From: Thelocarpon superellum
Lineage: Eukaryota
Reading direction: 5' to 3'
Assembly (NCBI GenBank): GCA_026025795.1
Contig: JAPEUG010000089.1
Coordinates: 1-51,096, forward strand
Length of the DNA stretch: 51,096 bases
The position numbers and the translations under genes are program-made. This document shows, piece after piece, positions 48,320 to 51,096 of this stretch. Position 1 is the stretch's first letter, and each line of letters opens with the position of its first letter. A model generated the notes under the pieces. That model made no database searches and was not told the DNA's origin. It worked only from the letters and a program-made list of their open reading frames with translations.

Positions 48320-48453
48320 AGCGCCTCAAGCGCTCAATGACTGGGTTCTTCGACCGATCTGTCTCGGCCGAGGAGTCACACCCACCGTGAGCGGGACTAC
48401 CAAGTCGGGTGGGAGAGCTCTCCTGGCTCGTGATCTCCAATCAATTGTCCAAT

Positions 48454-50361
48454 ATGGCGTCCACACCGGTGCTCCCGCAGAAGGGGCGGCGAAATGTTCT
48501 CATCACCAGTGCGCTCCCGTATGTCAACAATGTGCCCCACCTTGGCAATATCGTCGGCAGCGTGCTCTCGGCCGATGTCTTTGCACGCTTCTGCCGCCTT
48601 CGAGGTCACCCCACCTTGTACGTCTGCGGCACCGACGAGTACGGCACCGCGACGGAGACCAAGGCCTTGGAGGATGGTGTGACCCCAAAAGAGCTGTGTG
48701 ACAAGTACCACGCCCTCCACGCCCAAGTCTACCACTGGTTCGAGATCGGCTTCGACATCTTTGGGCGAACCACGACCCAGCAGCAGACGGCCATCGCGCA
48801 AGATATCTTCCTGAAGCTCAACGCCAACGGCTACCTGGAGGAAAAGGAGACGACCCAGCCATACTGTGAGAAGCACTCAGCCTTCCTGGCTGATCGCTTT
48901 GTCGAGGGTCAGTGTCCGCGGTGTCAGTACGACGACGCGCGAGGCGATCAATGCGACCGATGCGGCCACCTGCTCGACCCCTTTGACCTGATCAATCCGC
49001 GGTGCAAGATCGATGGCGCAACGCCGGTCCCACGACAAACCAAGCACGTGCATCTCCTCCTCGATAAATTGCAGCCGGCCATCGAAAAGTGGTCGAGCCA
49101 GTCCAGCGAGGAGGGCGCCTGGTCCAAGAATGGCCGCATCATCACCGAGTCATGGTTGAAGGAGGGTCTCAAGGATCGAGGCATCACCCGCGATCTCAAG
49201 TGGGGCACGCCTGTCCCCTTACCCGGCTACGAGAACAAGGTGCTGTACGTCTGGTTTGACGCATGCATCGGCTATGTCTCCATCACCGCCAACTACACGA
49301 ACGAGTGGGAGAAATGGTGGCGAGACCCCGAGAACGTCAAGCTGTACCAGTTTTTGGGCAAAGACAACGTCCCCTTTCACACCGTCATCTTTCCCGGCTC
49401 GCAGATCGGCACGGGCGATCAATGGACCATGCTGAATCACCTCTCGACCACGGAATATCTGAATTACGAAAACGGCAAGTTCTCCAAGTCGCGGGGCATC
49501 GGCGTCTTTGGCAACACTGCGCAAGAGACGGGCATCCCCCCTTCCGTCTGGCGCTACTACCTGCTCTCCTCCCGACCCGAGACCAGCGACACGCAGTTTG
49601 AATGGCGGTCTTTCATCGCCAAGAACAACTCCGAGCTGCTGGCGAATCTCGGCAACTTTGTCAACCGGCTGATCAAGTACGTCAACGCCAACTACAGCTC
49701 CATCGTCCCGCACTACACGGCCCAGATCGACGACGTGACCTTCGACGATTTCAAAACGGACGTGGATATGCTCTTGAAAGCATACGTGGAAGATCTTGAA
49801 GCGGTCCGGTTACGGTCGGGGCTGGAGAAAGCCATGGCCCTCTCGGCCCGCGGTAATCTCTTTCTGCAAGAGAACCGCCTCGACAACGCCCTCCTCGCCA
49901 GCCAACCCGAGCGCGCCGCCGCCGTCGTCGGACTGGGCCTGAACCTGATCCACCTTCTCGCCAGCTTGTTCCACCCATACATGCCATCGACGGGAAGCTC
50001 CATCACCACCCAGCTGGCGACGACGCTTCTCAATATTCCTGACGCGTGGGAGACGAGCACCCTGGCACTGAAGCCCGGCCACACCATTGGGAAGGCCAGC
50101 TACCTGTTCAAGCGGATCGACGACAAGAAGGAAGAGGAATGGCGCAACATGTTCGGCGGCACGCAGGCCGACCGGCAGAAGAAGGATGCCGAGGCGGCCA
50201 AGAAGGCCGCCAAGAAGGCCGAGAAGGCCGCCAAGAAGAACAAAGGCGGTGCTGCCAAGCCTGCCACTGGTGCTACTGCTTCCGCGACTCAGCCACCCCC
50301 GCCTCCTCCGGCGGACGTGGCCGTGGAGAAAGGGCTGGGGCAGTTGAATGTGGCGGATTAG
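48454..50361 (+). CDS. MES1: Methionyl-tRNA synthetase, cytoplasmic
   Basis: ITSALPYVNNVPHLGN (HIGH), GTDEYG, zinc knuckle CPRC...CDRC, YVWFDA, FLGKDN and KFSKS (KMSKS); intronless. Confidence 0.97.
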   Translation: MASTPVLPQKGRRNVLITSALPYVNNVPHLGNIVGSVLSADVFARFCRLRGHPTLYVCGTDEYGTATETKALEDGVTPKELCDKYHALHAQVYHWFEIGFDIFGRTTTQQQTAIAQDIFLKLNANGYLEEKETTQPYCEKHSAFLADRFVEGQCPRCQYDDARGDQCDRCGHLLDPFDLINPRCKIDGATPVPRQTKHVHLLLDKLQPAIEKWSSQSSEEGAWSKNGRIITESWLKEGLKDRGITRDLKWGTPVPLPGYENKVLYVWFDACIGYVSITANYTNEWEKWWRDPENVKLYQFLGKDNVPFHTVIFPGSQIGTGDQWTMLNHLSTTEYLNYENGKFSKSRGIGVFGNTAQETGIPPSVWRYYLLSSRPETSDTQFEWRSFIAKNNSELLANLGNFVNRLIKYVNANYSSIVPHYTAQIDDVTFDDFKTDVDMLLKAYVEDLEAVRLRSGLEKAMALSARGNLFLQENRLDNALLASQPERAAAVVGLGLNLIHLLASLFHPYMPSTGSSITTQLATTLLNIPDAWETSTLALKPGHTIGKASYLFKRIDDKKEEEWRNMFGGTQADRQKKDAEAAKKAAKKAEKAAKKNKGGAAKPATGATASATQPPPPPPADVAVEKGLGQLNVAD

Positions 50362-50648
50362 CAGAGAAGACTTGATTTCCGGGGAGGGATCAAGCACAAT
50401 ATCAAGCACGGTATCAGGCCTCGACTTGGGATCCAGAGCTCAAATGTGATCTAGCGTGATACGACACGGCCGATAGGATGAGATGAGATGTCATGAAATG
50501 AAACGGAATGAAACGGGATATTGTTTGCGGCAGCGGCTTCGGCTCCACGCTTTCCATTCCCTTCCTCTCCTATTTCCTCCCTTCTCCTTTACATCCTTCC
50601 GCCTTGCATCCATTCTGTGTCTACCTTGCCAGTCCAGACACATGTCCT

Positions 50649-50678
50649 GTCACGTCACGTCACGTCACGTCACGTCAC
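50649..50678. repeat. (GTCAC)6 microsatellite
   Basis: Directly visible. Confidence 0.95.
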
Positions 50679-50967
50679 ATTGAAAGAAGAGAGTAAAGCG
50701 GCCAAAGGGGCGAATCAAACTATCGCCAGCTATGGCGGGCGCATATAAAAATGAATGATGGAGTTGGAGATGGTGGTGAAGATTGATGGCATACAGCGTA
50801 CTTAGTGTACATGCAAGAAAATTGGGGGACACGTGTAGATGGTGAAAGTCGAAGTCGAGGGTGGGGTGTAGGGTGAGAAAGGGAAGAGGGACGAAGAAGC
50901 TGAGAAGTGGTGGATAGTTGGAAGGGTGTAGGTGGTAAACTTCGTATTAAAGGGGTGGAGAAGACAG

Positions 50968-51096
<129 letters not shown>

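Overview
Gene-dense, intron-rich, GC-rich nuclear DNA from a filamentous ascomycete (Pezizomycotina-type GT-AG introns with CTRAY branch sites). It ends in a long (GA)n tract that is probably a contig end. Recognisable genes are ARG3 (partial), a Tag1/DUF3712-like membrane protein, ILV6, a KH-domain RNA-binding protein, a RecQ helicase, a PPR protein, RSM25, a SOG2-domain protein, a small SET protein, RAD52, a cupin, ACO2/acoB, RAE1/GLE2, an AVT2-like transporter, a CtsD-like aspartic protease, an SDR, LTO1 and MES1; several orphan genes are interspersed. The most unusual structure is a ~160 bp LTR family (TGTTG...CAACA ends) present three times. One copy is a solo LTR with a perfect 5-bp target-site duplication (TSD) in the SET/RAD52 divergent promoter. 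The other two bracket a 2.7 kb insert (799-3526) that has no gag/pol and instead carries a convergent pair: a spliced, frameshifted atypical kinase gene and a small Cys-rich gene. Other points of interest are an LRR-less SOG2, a candidate poison splice acceptor and structured element in a KH-gene intron, and stand-alone GRF and PARP-type zinc-finger orphans. All gene models and family calls were made by hand, without database searches.
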